Shown here: positions 38,163 to 48,373 of the stretch, piece by piece
How the letters are laid out: each line of letters starts with the position of its first letter
Numbering within the stretch: the stretch's first letter is position 1
Source: Candidatus Multivoradales bacterium
GTDB lineage: Bacteria; Acidobacteriota; Thermoanaerobaculia; Multivoradales; JAHEKO01
Direction: 5' to 3'
Length of the DNA stretch: 64,000 nt
Assembly (NCBI GenBank): GCA_965223155.1
Contig: CBDCVR010000015.1
Location: 448,001 to 512,000, forward strand
Made by a program: the position numbers and the translations under genes
Notes under the pieces: model-generated
Database searches by the model: none
What the model saw: the letters and a program-made list of their open reading frames with translations, nothing else
Told to the model about the DNA's origin: nothing

Positions 38163-39623
38163 TCAGGAACCGGCTTTCGGCGAGCCGTCGGGGGCCGTCT
38201 GGGGTGCCGACTCGAGGGGAGCCTCACTCCAGGCGCGGTAGCGATCATAGATGGCCCGCACCGGCGCCAGCCGCACGCCCAGCTCCTCTGCCGTATACGG
38301 CCCTTGCTCGAAGTCCAAGTCGATCGAGTTCCAGGACCCGCACTCGACGCAGCGGTCGCTCCATTCGGCGTGGCTCCGCTGGCACACGCGGCAGACAAAA
38401 TCCGTGTGCGTCACCCCCGCACGCTGCATGCCCGTGCGAAAGGCCGCCAGCGCCTCCTCGGACCGACCCAGCTTCTCCTGGATACGGCCCATGAGAAAGT
38501 GATACGTCGGGGACTCTTCCAACTCTTCGGCGAGTCCCGCGAGGCTGCGCTGCGCTTCTTCGTGCATCTCCAGCCGGTAGTACAGCCGGCCGAGAAAGAA
38601 CCGCGGCAGAACGTTGCTCGCGGCGGCGTCCCGGAGCGCGTGAAGCGTCGAGATCGCCTCGAGCGGCTCGTTGCGCTCGATGAAATGGTCTTCGATCCGC
38701 AGCAGGAAGACCGGACTACCGGTCGCCTCGAAACCGCGGCACCAGGCCGCCACCGCTCCGTCCGGATCGTCCTTCAGGCGCTCGACCTCACCCGCCAGGA
38801 TCAGGGCGGGGACGAACCGAGGCTCGCGCGCCAGAATCTTGTCCAGAAGCTTGCCCGCCTCGTCGAAACGGTCCTCTTCCAGGAGCGAGACCGCGCGCTG
38901 ATACTCGAGACCGGCGACCACCGCCAGTTCCTGGTCCCTCTCGGCGGGCACCTCTTGATCCCCCAGGAGCTTCTCGATGGCCTCGTGCGCCTCGCGCGCC
39001 TCGCGCCAGGACTCGGCGCCCAGATGAGCCGCCCGCCGGCTGCGAAGCTCGGCCAGGCCCTGCGCCGGGAAGTCCCGCAGGATCCGATCCCGGATCTGCT
39101 CGGCCACCTCCAGATCGCCCCGGGCCGCGTAGTCCTGGGAGAGTTGATAAAGAACCGCGACGCTTTGCGGATAGAGCACCGAGGCCCGCCGGTGGACCTC
39201 CATGGCTTCCTCGGTCCGGCCCAGCCGACGCAGCACCTCGCCGTAGCGGACGAGGGTCGAAAAGTCCTCGGGCCGCTCGGCCAGGACGTTTTCGAGCTCG
39301 GCGGCCGCCCTCTGGAAGAGGCCGTCAGCCTCGTAGTCCACCGCCCTGCGGAAGCTCATGTCCAGGCTCTTGGCCTGCCGTTCGAGCCGCCGCGCCCGTC
39401 GCGCCGCCAGGTCGCGGCGTAGCGTCTGAGTCAGGAGAGCGCTTACGACCGGCAAGAAGCCGGCCAGAAACGCGACCAGCAGTGCCGTATGGAGCGGCAC
39501 CGAGGTTTGCGGCGTCACCGCGAAGCGCGTCGCCAGCAGGTCAGAGTTGAGATTGGACAGGTAGGCGACCGCGATCGCAACGACCACGGCGAGCAAGACG
39601 CCTAGAAACGTTCGAAATCGCAC
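38163..39623 (-). CDS. lapB: LapA/LapB-like TPR protein with rubredoxin-type Zn site
   Basis: Two N-terminal TMs, TPR repeats, CRVC...CVECGSW. Confidence 0.75.
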   Translation of the reverse strand: MRFRTFLGVLLAVVVAIAVAYLSNLNSDLLATRFAVTPQTSVPLHTALLVAFLAGFLPVVSALLTQTLRRDLAARRARRLERQAKSLDMSFRRAVDYEADGLFQRAAAELENVLAERPEDFSTLVRYGEVLRRLGRTEEAMEVHRRASVLYPQSVAVLYQLSQDYAARGDLEVAEQIRDRILRDFPAQGLAELRSRRAAHLGAESWREAREAHEAIEKLLGDQEVPAERDQELAVVAGLEYQRAVSLLEEDRFDEAGKLLDKILAREPRFVPALILAGEVERLKDDPDGAVAAWCRGFEATGSPVFLLRIEDHFIERNEPLEAISTLHALRDAAASNVLPRFFLGRLYYRLEMHEEAQRSLAGLAEELEESPTYHFLMGRIQEKLGRSEEALAAFRTGMQRAGVTHTDFVCRVCQRSHAEWSDRCVECGSWNSIDLDFEQGPYTAEELGVRLAPVRAIYDRYRAWSEAPLESAPQTAPDGSPKAGS

Positions 39624-39651
39624 CGGCTGCCTATGCCGGGCAGCCGCCTAG

Positions 39652-40038
39652 CTACTCCTGTAGAAGACCCTGCTCGGCCAACTCCTGACAATCGATACAG
39701 TACCTCGCCCATGGAACGGCCTGCAAGCGGCGGACTGGGATCTTGGCGCTGCACTCGGCGCAAACTCCGTACTCTCCCGAATCGAGCCGATCCAAGGCCG
39801 AATCGATCTCGACGAGCGTGTCCCGCTCGGTGCCGGAAAGCGAAAGCATGAACTCACGCTCGTAGGCGTCGTTCGCCCGATCCACCAGGTCCTCGGCGCC
39901 GGCGTCGGCCATGCCCTGGCCCACCTTGAGGTCGTGCGTGTAAAGCGCCCTGATTTCCTCGCGCTTCTCGAGGAGTTTCTTGCGCGCGATCTCCACGCTC
40001 TTGCCAGCCTTACTCGCTGTCTTGGTTGCTCTCGCCAC
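39652..40038 (-). CDS. TraR/DksA family zinc-finger protein
   Basis: DLVDRA, YGVCAEC...IPVRRLQAVPWARYCIDCQE. Confidence 0.9.
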   Translation of the reverse strand: MARATKTASKAGKSVEIARKKLLEKREEIRALYTHDLKVGQGMADAGAEDLVDRANDAYEREFMLSLSGTERDTLVEIDSALDRLDSGEYGVCAECSAKIPVRRLQAVPWARYCIDCQELAEQGLLQE

Positions 40039-40106
40039 GTTCGCTGCTCCTTGCTCCCTAGAAACGACGGTCTTGGGGCGGTTTTCGCCGCGTCAAACGA
40101 CGACCG

Positions 40107-40604
40107 TCATCCCTGTAACGGCTGGCGATGGTACTTCATTCCACCCAAAATGGACAGACAGCGGAAGACCTGTTCGTAGAGCACCAGGCGCGCCATCTCG
40201 TGGGGCAGCGTCATAGGCCCGAAGGAGATGACTTCGTCGGCTCGGGCGCGCACTGCGGGCGACAATCCGAGGTCGGAGCCCAAGACGAAAGCGAGGGTCC
40301 GGTCCGACTCGAGACGGCGGCCTAGCCAGGCTGCCAGCCGGTCCGACGAGCGGGCCGTCCCGCGCGAGTCCAGAGCCACAAGCCGGCTCCCGGCCGGCAC
40401 CGCGGCCAGGAGCTGCCGCCCCTCGGCCTCGAGCCTGGAGGCCTCGGCCGCGCTCGACCCGCCTCCCGCCCGCACCGTGACGTCGTCGATCGCCACCTGA
40501 CGCCGAATGCGCGTCCGGTAGGCGTCGATCAGCGTTTCCCAGTCATTGCGGCGACGGCGTCCGGCCCACAGCACCAACAGTCGATTCTTCGGGAACTTAC
40601 GCAC
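40107..40604 (-). CDS. rlmH: 23S rRNA pseudouridine-1915 N3-methyltransferase
   Basis: LDSRG, FVLGSDLGL, SFGPMTLPHEMARLVLYEQVFR, YHR. Confidence 0.92.
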   Translation of the reverse strand: MRKFPKNRLLVLWAGRRRRNDWETLIDAYRTRIRRQVAIDDVTVRAGGGSSAAEASRLEAEGRQLLAAVPAGSRLVALDSRGTARSSDRLAAWLGRRLESDRTLAFVLGSDLGLSPAVRARADEVISFGPMTLPHEMARLVLYEQVFRCLSILGGMKYHRQPLQG

Positions 40605-40641
40605 ACAGGCCTCGCCGGTCGGTTGCTATTATCTCCGCCCC

Positions 40642-41637
40642 ATGACCGCACGCGAGCGATCTCAGAACCGCCGCCGCAAGCGGCGCCGGCACCTATGGCG
40701 CGCCCTGGTCCTGGGAGGCGCGGCAGTCGGGATTCCGGCGGCGGCAAACGCCTTGATCGCGCGCCGCAACCAGAGACTGCGGCGGCCGGGCTGGGGCCGC
40801 GGGCACCGCTATGCGTGGCGGCACGGCGAGATCGCCTTTCAGCGACTGGGCAAGGGGCCGGCGGTCGTCTGCCTGCATTCGTTCGGACCGGGTCACGACA
40901 ACGAGACCTGGAAGGAGACCGCAGAGAACCTGGCGGCGGGGTACGAGGTCTTCGCGCCGGATTTTCTGGGCTGGGGCCGCTCGGACAAGCCGCGTGTCAC
41001 CTACGACGGCGAGCTCTACTTGGAGCTGGTCGCCGATTTTCTGGAAGACGTGGTTCGCCAACCGGCCGTCCTTGCCGCCGCCGGGCTTCCGGCCGCCTAC
41101 GCCGTCCAAACCGCTGCCGATCACCCCGAAGCCGTGCGGGCCCTGGCCCTCGCCGTACCGTGCGGCATCGAACTAAGCGGTGAAGAGCCCGATCTCCAGG
41201 ACGCCCTGGTCAACCGCCTCCTGCGCTTTCCGATTCTGGGCACCTCGGCCTTGAACCTCTACACCAGCCAGGCCGCGATCGGCTCGTACTTGCGCCGCGA
41301 GGCGTTCGCCGCCGCCGATCGAGTCGATGCCGCGCGCGTCGAACATCACTACCGGTCCAGCCATCAGCCGGGATCCCACCTGGGACTCGCGGCGCTCCTG
41401 AGCGGCTATCTCAACCACCGAGTCGAAGACGTCCTCGCGCGAGTCGCCGTCCCGATCTGGCTGGGCTGGGGCCGGCAAGCCAGCCTGCCGCCGCTCGAGA
41501 TCGCCGATCTCTGGCTGGAACGACAGCCACGCGCCCACCTAGAGGTCTTCGAGGGCACGGGCAACATGCCCTACGCCGAGATTCCGGCCCGCTTCGCCGC
41601 CTCCCTGCGGGACTTCCTGGGCCGCCTCGAAGCCTGA
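40642..41637 (+). CDS. Alpha/beta-hydrolase-fold protein (catalytic Ser/His apparently absent)
   Basis: CLHSFG, APDFLGWGRSDKP; elbow reads LAAAGLP; N-terminal TM. Confidence 0.8.
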   Translation: MTARERSQNRRRKRRRHLWRALVLGGAAVGIPAAANALIARRNQRLRRPGWGRGHRYAWRHGEIAFQRLGKGPAVVCLHSFGPGHDNETWKETAENLAAGYEVFAPDFLGWGRSDKPRVTYDGELYLELVADFLEDVVRQPAVLAAAGLPAAYAVQTAADHPEAVRALALAVPCGIELSGEEPDLQDALVNRLLRFPILGTSALNLYTSQAAIGSYLRREAFAAADRVDAARVEHHYRSSHQPGSHLGLAALLSGYLNHRVEDVLARVAVPIWLGWGRQASLPPLEIADLWLERQPRAHLEVFEGTGNMPYAEIPARFAASLRDFLGRLEA

Positions 41638-41689
41638 CGGCGAGGCTCGAGCGCAAGTACAATACCGCGACCTCGAAGGGTCCTTGCCG

Positions 41690-44600
41690 ATGACTGACGC
41701 CTTTCCTCAGATGCCCTCCGGCTACCCGTTTCCCGAACTGGAACGGGAGATCCTGGATTTCTGGGAGGCGGAGCGCATCTTCGAGAAGACCCTCGAGGCG
41801 ACCCGGGCCGGCGAGCGCTTCGTTTTCTACGAAGGGCCGCCAACAGCCAACAACAAGCCTCACATCGGCCACGTCGTGACCCGCGTGGTCAAGGACCTGC
41901 TGCCGCGCTACAAGACCATGCAAGGTCTTCACGTTGCCCGCAAAGCCGGATGGGACACGCATGGGCTCCCGGTAGAGATCGAAGTCGAAAAGGCGCTCGG
42001 ATTCTCGGGCAAGAAGGACATCGAACGCTACGGCGTCGAGCGCTTCAACCGAGCCTGCCTGGAGAGCGTCCATACCTACGAGCGCCAATGGCGTGAGATG
42101 ACCCGCCGAGTGGGCTTCTGGGTCGATCTGGACGAGGCCTATTTCACCTACACCAACGAGTATGTCGAATCCGTCTGGTGGGCGCTCGCCGAGCTCGATC
42201 GCAAGGGCCTGCTGAGCAAAGGCCACAAGATCCAGCCCTATTGCGCGCGCTGCGGCACGACGCTCTCGAGCCACGAGGTCGCCCAGAACTACCAGGAAGC
42301 CGAGGACCCGTCGATCTGGACCCTGTTTCGCGTCCGCCAGGGCCAGGAGCGCGCCGGGCTCGACGGCAACTCCCACGACCTGTCCGGGGTCGGGCTCGTG
42401 GGCTGGACCACGACACCCTGGACCACTCTCGCCAACGCGGCGGTCGCCGTGCATCCCGAGCTGGTCTACCGGTTGGTCGCCAGCCCCCGGGACCCGGACG
42501 AGAGGCTGCTCATCGGAGACGATCTCGCAACAGCGGTGCCGGTCGAGATCCGGAGCGACGCCGGTACCGAGCGGCTCGACCTTCGGGACCAGCCGGCGCT
42601 AGCTCGCTTTCGGGGAGCCGATCTGGAGGATTTGGCCTACGCCCGCCTCTTCGAGTACTTCGAGCCCGGGCTGGACGGACGGGTGGTCCTGGCCGACCAC
42701 GTCACCGCCACCGAGGGCACGGGCATGGTCCACACCGCGCCTCCCTTCGGCGACGACGACTACCGAACGGGACAACGCTACGAGCTACCCATGATGCTCA
42801 CGGTCACCGCCGAAGGCCGCATCGCCGACGGCGCCGGCGAGCTTGGTGGCCTCTGGTTCAAGGACGCGGACCGGCCGATCCTGCGCGACCTCCGGCAACG
42901 CGGTCTCTTGCTCCACGCGGAGCGCTACCGGCACAACTACCCGTTCTGCTGGCGCTGCGACCAGCCGCTTCTCTACTACGCCTCCGAGAGCTGGTTCGTC
43001 CGCACCACCAAGCACCAAGAGGATCTGATCGCGGCCAACGCCGATGAGATCCGGTGGTCGCCGGAGCACGTGGGCACGGGACGGTTCGGCAACTGGCTCG
43101 AAACCCTCGTCGATTGGGCTCTGTCCCGCAAACGCTACTGGGGCACGCCGTTGCCGGTCTGGGAATGCGACTCCTGTTCGGCGACCCGTGTGATCGGCTC
43201 GTACCGAGAACTCTTCGAAGCGGCCGGGTGCAAGCTTCCCGCCGACCCCTACGACCGTGAGCAGTTCGATCCGCACCGTCCCTTCGTGGACCGCGACCAC
43301 GAGAGGTTCACCTGGTCCTGCCCCGAGTGCGAAGACGGGAGCATGGGCCGGGTCGAAGACGTGATCGACGCCTGGTTCGACTCGGGATCGATGCCCTTCG
43401 CCCAGCACCACTACATGGGTGAGAGCCTGGCCGAGTTCGCCCCGGACGCCGGACGGGGCTTTCCGGCCGATTTCATCTCAGAGGCCGTGGATCAGACTCG
43501 CGGCTGGTTCTACACCCTCCACGCCCTGGGCGTCCTGCTTTTCGGCCGGGCCGCGTACCGCAACTGCGTCGTTCTGGGCCACGTCAACGACGAGACCGGG
43601 CGCAAGATGTCGAAGCGGCTGGGCAACGTGGTCGATCCGATGGAGGTCCTCGAGCAAACCGGCGCCGACGCTTTGCGCTGGTACTTCTTCGTGTCGAACC
43701 CCGAGGTCAACTCTCGATTCTCGGCCCGCCTCGTGCGCGAGGCGGCGCAGAAGTTCCTCATCCCGCTCTGGAACGCGGCCTCCTTCTTCTCGATCTACGC
43801 CAACTTGGACGGCTGGCGGCCTACCTCCGAGAGCTCCGAGGGCTCCGAGGCGCCGGCATTCGAGCACCGGCCGGCCCTGGATCGCTGGATCCTGCTCCGG
43901 CTCGAGCGCCTCACCGCAACGGTTTCCGGACGCCTCGACGGCTACGCGATCGCCGAGGCCGCCCGCGAGATCGAGCGCTTCGTGGATCAGCTCACCAACT
44001 GGTACATCCGCAGGTCCCGGGATCGATTCTGGGCGCCCGCCGAGCGCGACCCGGCCGACAAGGAAAGCGCCTACCAAACGCTCTATTCGGTCCTGCGCCG
44101 CCTCACCATCTTGGTCGCGCCCTTTACCCCGTTCGTGGCCGAGGCTCTGCACCGGCGGCTGGTCTTCGAACGGCTGGCCGGGAGCTCCGAATCGGTCCAC
44201 CTGGAATCCTGGCCCGAAGCCGACGCCGGCCTCAGCGAGCCGGACCTGGAACGTGCCATGGACGCCGTCCTGGACATCGTGGCGCTCGGCCGGGCCGCGC
44301 GCAACGACCACCAGCTCAAGACCCGCCAGCCCCTGGCTTCGGTCACGGTGGTCACGGCCGACGTGGCGCTGCGCCCGCTTCTGGACGGCTTCCTGGACAT
44401 CCTGCGCGAGGAGCTCAACGTCCACGACGTGCGCTGGGCCGACGATCGCGCCGACTACGTGCACCACGAGGTGCGTCCGAATTTCTCGAAGTGCGGACCT
44501 CGCTTCGGCAAGCAGATGAAGGCCGTCCAGCGCGCCCTGGCCGAGGCGGACGGCGACGAGCTCGCGGCCGGTCTCGAGGCCCAGGGCTCGATCGCGATCT

Positions 44601-45007
44601 CGGTGGACGGCGAGGAGGTTGTCTTGCGGGCCGATGAGCTCGAGATCCGGTTGATCGAGAAAGAGGGGCTCGCCACCGCCGCCGACCGCAACTTCCTCGT
44701 CGCCCTCGATACTCGATTGACCGAGACGCTGATCGCCGAAGGCCGCGCCCGGGAAATCGTCCACCGGGTTCAAGCTCGGCGCAAGGAACTGGACCTCGAC
44801 TACGCCGATCGCATCCAGATTCGGTACCGGGCGGACGGCGAGATCGAGCGCGTCCTGGACGACCATCGCGACTGGATCTCGGGCGAGACCCTGGCGACCG
44901 GCTGGAGCCGGGCACGCGAAGATGAAGAACTGACCCCGGCTGCCGTCGAGGGTCTCGAGTTCGCCTTCGAGCTTGAGGTCACGACCCGCGCCGAACCAAC
45001 ACCCTAG
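41690..45007 (+). CDS. ileS: Isoleucine--tRNA ligase (IleRS2 type)
   Basis: EGPPTAN.KPHIGH, GWDTHGLPVE, WTTTPWT, DQTRGWF, KMSKRLGN, NWYIRRSRDRFW, long C-terminal extension. Confidence 0.97.
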   Translation: MTDAFPQMPSGYPFPELEREILDFWEAERIFEKTLEATRAGERFVFYEGPPTANNKPHIGHVVTRVVKDLLPRYKTMQGLHVARKAGWDTHGLPVEIEVEKALGFSGKKDIERYGVERFNRACLESVHTYERQWREMTRRVGFWVDLDEAYFTYTNEYVESVWWALAELDRKGLLSKGHKIQPYCARCGTTLSSHEVAQNYQEAEDPSIWTLFRVRQGQERAGLDGNSHDLSGVGLVGWTTTPWTTLANAAVAVHPELVYRLVASPRDPDERLLIGDDLATAVPVEIRSDAGTERLDLRDQPALARFRGADLEDLAYARLFEYFEPGLDGRVVLADHVTATEGTGMVHTAPPFGDDDYRTGQRYELPMMLTVTAEGRIADGAGELGGLWFKDADRPILRDLRQRGLLLHAERYRHNYPFCWRCDQPLLYYASESWFVRTTKHQEDLIAANADEIRWSPEHVGTGRFGNWLETLVDWALSRKRYWGTPLPVWECDSCSATRVIGSYRELFEAAGCKLPADPYDREQFDPHRPFVDRDHERFTWSCPECEDGSMGRVEDVIDAWFDSGSMPFAQHHYMGESLAEFAPDAGRGFPADFISEAVDQTRGWFYTLHALGVLLFGRAAYRNCVVLGHVNDETGRKMSKRLGNVVDPMEVLEQTGADALRWYFFVSNPEVNSRFSARLVREAAQKFLIPLWNAASFFSIYANLDGWRPTSESSEGSEAPAFEHRPALDRWILLRLERLTATVSGRLDGYAIAEAAREIERFVDQLTNWYIRRSRDRFWAPAERDPADKESAYQTLYSVLRRLTILVAPFTPFVAEALHRRLVFERLAGSSESVHLESWPEADAGLSEPDLERAMDAVLDIVALGRAARNDHQLKTRQPLASVTVVTADVALRPLLDGFLDILREELNVHDVRWADDRADYVHHEVRPNFSKCGPRFGKQMKAVQRALAEADGDELAAGLEAQGSIAISVDGEEVVLRADELEIRLIEKEGLATAADRNFLVALDTRLTETLIAEGRAREIVHRVQARRKELDLDYADRIQIRYRADGEIERVLDDHRDWISGETLATGWSRAREDEELTPAAVEGLEFAFELEVTTRAEPTP

Positions 45008-45018
45008 GAAACCAGCTC

Positions 45019-46389
45019 ATGGCAGGAATTTTCAAAGCGTACGACGTGCGCGGCATTTATCCGGATCAGCTCGACGAAGCCATCGCCGAGAAGGTAGGAC
45101 GCGCCTTCCCGGCGGTTCTGGACCCAGATCGTCTGGCGACGGACCCCCGAGTAGTCGTCAGCCGGGACATGCGCCCGCACAGCAAGCCGCTGTCCGAGGC
45201 CCTCATCGCCGGCCTGCTTTCAAGCGGCCTGGACGTCGTCGACGTCGGCATGGTGACGACGCCCACGAACTACTTTGCCGTGGGACATCTCGGTGCCACC
45301 GGCGGCATCCAAGTCACGGCGAGCCACAACCCGGCACGCTACAACGGCCTCAAGTTCAGCCTCCACGAGGCTCGTCCGGTAAGCGGCGACGACGGCATTC
45401 CTCTGCTCGAGCGCATCGTCGCCTCCGGCGACTTCCCGGCGGCGCAGCGCACCGGCCGGCGCTCCCAGGCCGACGTGCGCGAGGCCTACGGCGACCACGT
45501 CCTCTCCTATCTGGCTCCCGAATCGGAGGACGGACGGCTCAAGGTCGTCGTGGACGCCGCCAACGGCATGGGAGTCACCTACGGACCGTGGCTCGAACGG
45601 CTCGGCATCGAGCTCGTACCGCTCTACTTCGAGCTCGACGGCTCCTTTCCCAACCACGAGGCCAACCCCCTCAAGCTCGAGAACCTCCGCGATCTCTCGG
45701 AGGCGATCCGCCGCGAAGGCGCCGACCTCGGCATATCGTTCGACGGCGACGCCGACCGCGCCGCCTTCGTGGATGAGACCGGCGAGCCCATCGGCAGCGA
45801 TCTGGCCACAGCGCTTATCGCCGGCGAGCTCCTGGACCGGACCCCCGGTTCCCATGTCCTCTACGACTTGCGCTCGTCCCGCGCGGTCGCCGAGTACATC
45901 GAAGAGCGTGGCGGCAAGCCGGTACGAGAACGGGTCGGCCACTCCTTCATGAAGGCCACCCTGCGCCGCAAGGACGGAGTCTTCGGCGGCGAGCTCGCCG
46001 GCCATTACTACTTCCGCGACAACTACTACGCCGACTGCGCGCTGATGGCGGTGGTCGAGGTTCTAAACCTGCTGCGGACGCGGCGAGCCGCGGCTCCCGA
46101 GACCACGCTCTCGGGCATCGTCGCACCGCTCCTGCGCTACGCCAAGAGCCCCGAGATCAACTTCGAGGTCGAGGACAAGGCCGCCAAGATTCGCGAGCTG
46201 GCCAGCCGGTATGCCGAGGGCGAGATCGACTACCTGGACGGCATCACCGTCCAGTTCGAAAACTGGTGGTGCAACGTTCGGCCGTCGAACACCGAGCCCT
46301 ACCTGCGACTCGTCCTCGAGGCCGCGACTCAGGAAGCACTGGCCGAGCGCCGGGCCGAGCTCGAGGCTCTCCTAGGCGATCCCGTCTAG
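45019..46389 (+). CDS. Phosphomannomutase/phosphoglucomutase
   Basis: FKAYDVRG, TASHNP, FDGDADR, GELAGH, RPSNTEP. Confidence 0.95.
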   Translation: MAGIFKAYDVRGIYPDQLDEAIAEKVGRAFPAVLDPDRLATDPRVVVSRDMRPHSKPLSEALIAGLLSSGLDVVDVGMVTTPTNYFAVGHLGATGGIQVTASHNPARYNGLKFSLHEARPVSGDDGIPLLERIVASGDFPAAQRTGRRSQADVREAYGDHVLSYLAPESEDGRLKVVVDAANGMGVTYGPWLERLGIELVPLYFELDGSFPNHEANPLKLENLRDLSEAIRREGADLGISFDGDADRAAFVDETGEPIGSDLATALIAGELLDRTPGSHVLYDLRSSRAVAEYIEERGGKPVRERVGHSFMKATLRRKDGVFGGELAGHYYFRDNYYADCALMAVVEVLNLLRTRRAAAPETTLSGIVAPLLRYAKSPEINFEVEDKAAKIRELASRYAEGEIDYLDGITVQFENWWCNVRPSNTEPYLRLVLEAATQEALAERRAELEALLGDPV

Positions 46390-46410
46390 GGGCTTGCCGC
46401 AAGGACCGCG

Positions 46411-47127
46411 CTAATTGCGCCGTCCGCCCAGTATTCCGGCCCGCATGAGCCAGTAGAGGAGCTGGGACAGGCTCGCGACCGCGGCCGCGACATAGGTCAG
46501 CGCCGCGGCGTTCAGCACCTTGTCCATCCCGACCCGCTCCTGCTCGACGACGATGCCGTTCTCGACCGCGAGGCGTTTGGCCCGGGAAGTGGCGTCGAAC
46601 TCCACCGGCAGCGTCACGAGCTGGAAGAGCAGCACCGACGAGAACAGGATCGCTCCGACGACGAACACCTTCATCCCGAAGCCGCCACCGCCGCCCGACA
46701 TCAGCGCCAGGCCCGCGATCATGACGAAAAAGCCCAACTTCGAGCCAATGTTGGCGGTCGGCACCAGGGCCGAGCGCAGCCACAGGGGCGAGTAGTTCCG
46801 GGCATGCTGGATGGCGTGACCGGCCTCATGGCAGGCGACGCCGACCGCCGCGATCGAGCGCGAACCATGTACCGGCTCGGAAAGAGCCAGCGTCTTGGTC
46901 ATCGGATTGTAGTGATCCGAAAGGTATCCGGAGGTACTGACGACCTTGACGTCTGCGATGCCCGCGGAATCCAGCAGGCGCTGAGCCGCCTGGGCCCCGG
47001 TCAGGCCGGTGGCGGTCGCCACTTTCGAGTACTTGCCGAAAGCGCTCTTGGTCTTCCAGCTCGCCCACAGCGACAACAACATCGGGGGCGCCAGAAACAT
47101 CAAATACATCGGGTCCATGTACATCAT
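46411..47127 (-). CDS. YugP-family neutral zinc metallopeptidase (membrane)
   Basis: SDHYNP, ACHEAGHAIQH, TLPVEFDATSRA, AAALTYVA. Confidence 0.92.
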   Translation of the reverse strand: MMYMDPMYLMFLAPPMLLSLWASWKTKSAFGKYSKVATATGLTGAQAAQRLLDSAGIADVKVVSTSGYLSDHYNPMTKTLALSEPVHGSRSIAAVGVACHEAGHAIQHARNYSPLWLRSALVPTANIGSKLGFFVMIAGLALMSGGGGGFGMKVFVVGAILFSSVLLFQLVTLPVEFDATSRAKRLAVENGIVVEQERVGMDKVLNAAALTYVAAAVASLSQLLYWLMRAGILGGRRN

Positions 47128-47434
47128 TCTCTCCCAGTCCGAAAATCGATCCGGGCTGGCAGGCCCGGTGCTCATCGGCTTTGAGAACCGTCCGGGACGA
47201 GCCTCTATTCCGGCTCCCTCCAGCCGGGGGCGATTGTACCGCTAGCCCGGCCGCCCCACCGGAATCACCGCGCCAAGCCTCCGAGCAGCCCGCGGCAAAC
47301 GTCCGAGCTGCGGCGCGATGAGGTCTGCAATCGGCTTCCAGGGCGCGACAGGCGGTACGGCGGCGGTGTTGACCACGAGCAACACCCCAGAAGCGCCGGG
47401 ACCCCGGCCTCATCTGAGCTCCGACTACGGGCCG

Positions 47435-48373
47435 CTACAGAAGCTGCATGCGCTCGTCGCCGTAGAGCACCGGCTCGCCGGTCGGCTCGTTCGGCGTCTC
47501 GTCCGCCTCGAGCGTGATCATCACCGCACCGATGCCCGCCGGCCGGCCCGAGCCCAGCACCTCGACCGGCGCGCCTCCCGCCTTGACCTGGAAGATCGCC
47601 GCCGGCACCTTGCCTTCGTCGGTCACGAACCAGATGACGTAGCGCCGACCTTGATCGCACGGTTCGAGACCCTCCGCCCGCAGAAACCAGTTCGAGTCAG
47701 CCGCGTGCATCACCAGGGTGGCGTGGGCACCCGGCGCCGGCGCTCCTTCGGGAGCCTTGAGGGCGCAATACTGCGCTCCGGGCCGCGTCGCCATGGCCAG
47801 CCGAGCCTTCAGGTCGCGCAACAGCCCTTCGGAGCTGGCCAGGGCCGCGGTCGCCTCCCGCGCCCGGCTCAGATCCTCCGAAAGCTGGACGATCTCGGCG
47901 TGCTGGCGCTCAACCCGAACGACCAGCCAGCCCGTGACCGCGGCCATCGCCAGAATGGCGCTGGCGGCCAGGGGCATCAGCCAACGCGTCGGTCCCGAGT
48001 GGTCGGCCGGGGGTGGGTACGTCAAAAGCCTGGCGCCTTCCGCGTCTTCCGCGGTCGGAGCCGGTCCCCCGGAGGACCGCGCCCCGGTCGCCTCGACATC
48101 CGCCGAGGCGATCCCGGCCAGGATTCGGTCCTTGACCTCCGGCGCCGGAACGACGGTCTCGTGACTCCACGGCAGCAGGCCCAAGACCTCGAGGTCGGCC
48201 TTCAGGCGCTCCGCCTCCTCGACACCGAGCTCGGCCAGGAGCGCGTCGATCTCGGCTGCTGGATCGGCGGTTTCGGCCGCATCGGCCGCTGTGTCAGCCT
48301 GTCGAGCCAGCCGGTCCAGCAGACGTAGAGTCGCCCGATCTCGGGATGTATCTTCGGAAGTCCTGTCGCTCAC
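47435..48373 (-). CDS. RskA-type anti-sigma factor
   Basis: PAPEVKDRILA, TM helix, RYVIWF, ITLE..PTG; downstream of sigma. Confidence 0.8.
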   Translation of the reverse strand: MSDRTSEDTSRDRATLRLLDRLARQADTAADAAETADPAAEIDALLAELGVEEAERLKADLEVLGLLPWSHETVVPAPEVKDRILAGIASADVEATGARSSGGPAPTAEDAEGARLLTYPPPADHSGPTRWLMPLAASAILAMAAVTGWLVVRVERQHAEIVQLSEDLSRAREATAALASSEGLLRDLKARLAMATRPGAQYCALKAPEGAPAPGAHATLVMHAADSNWFLRAEGLEPCDQGRRYVIWFVTDEGKVPAAIFQVKAGGAPVEVLGSGRPAGIGAVMITLEADETPNEPTGEPVLYGDERMQLL

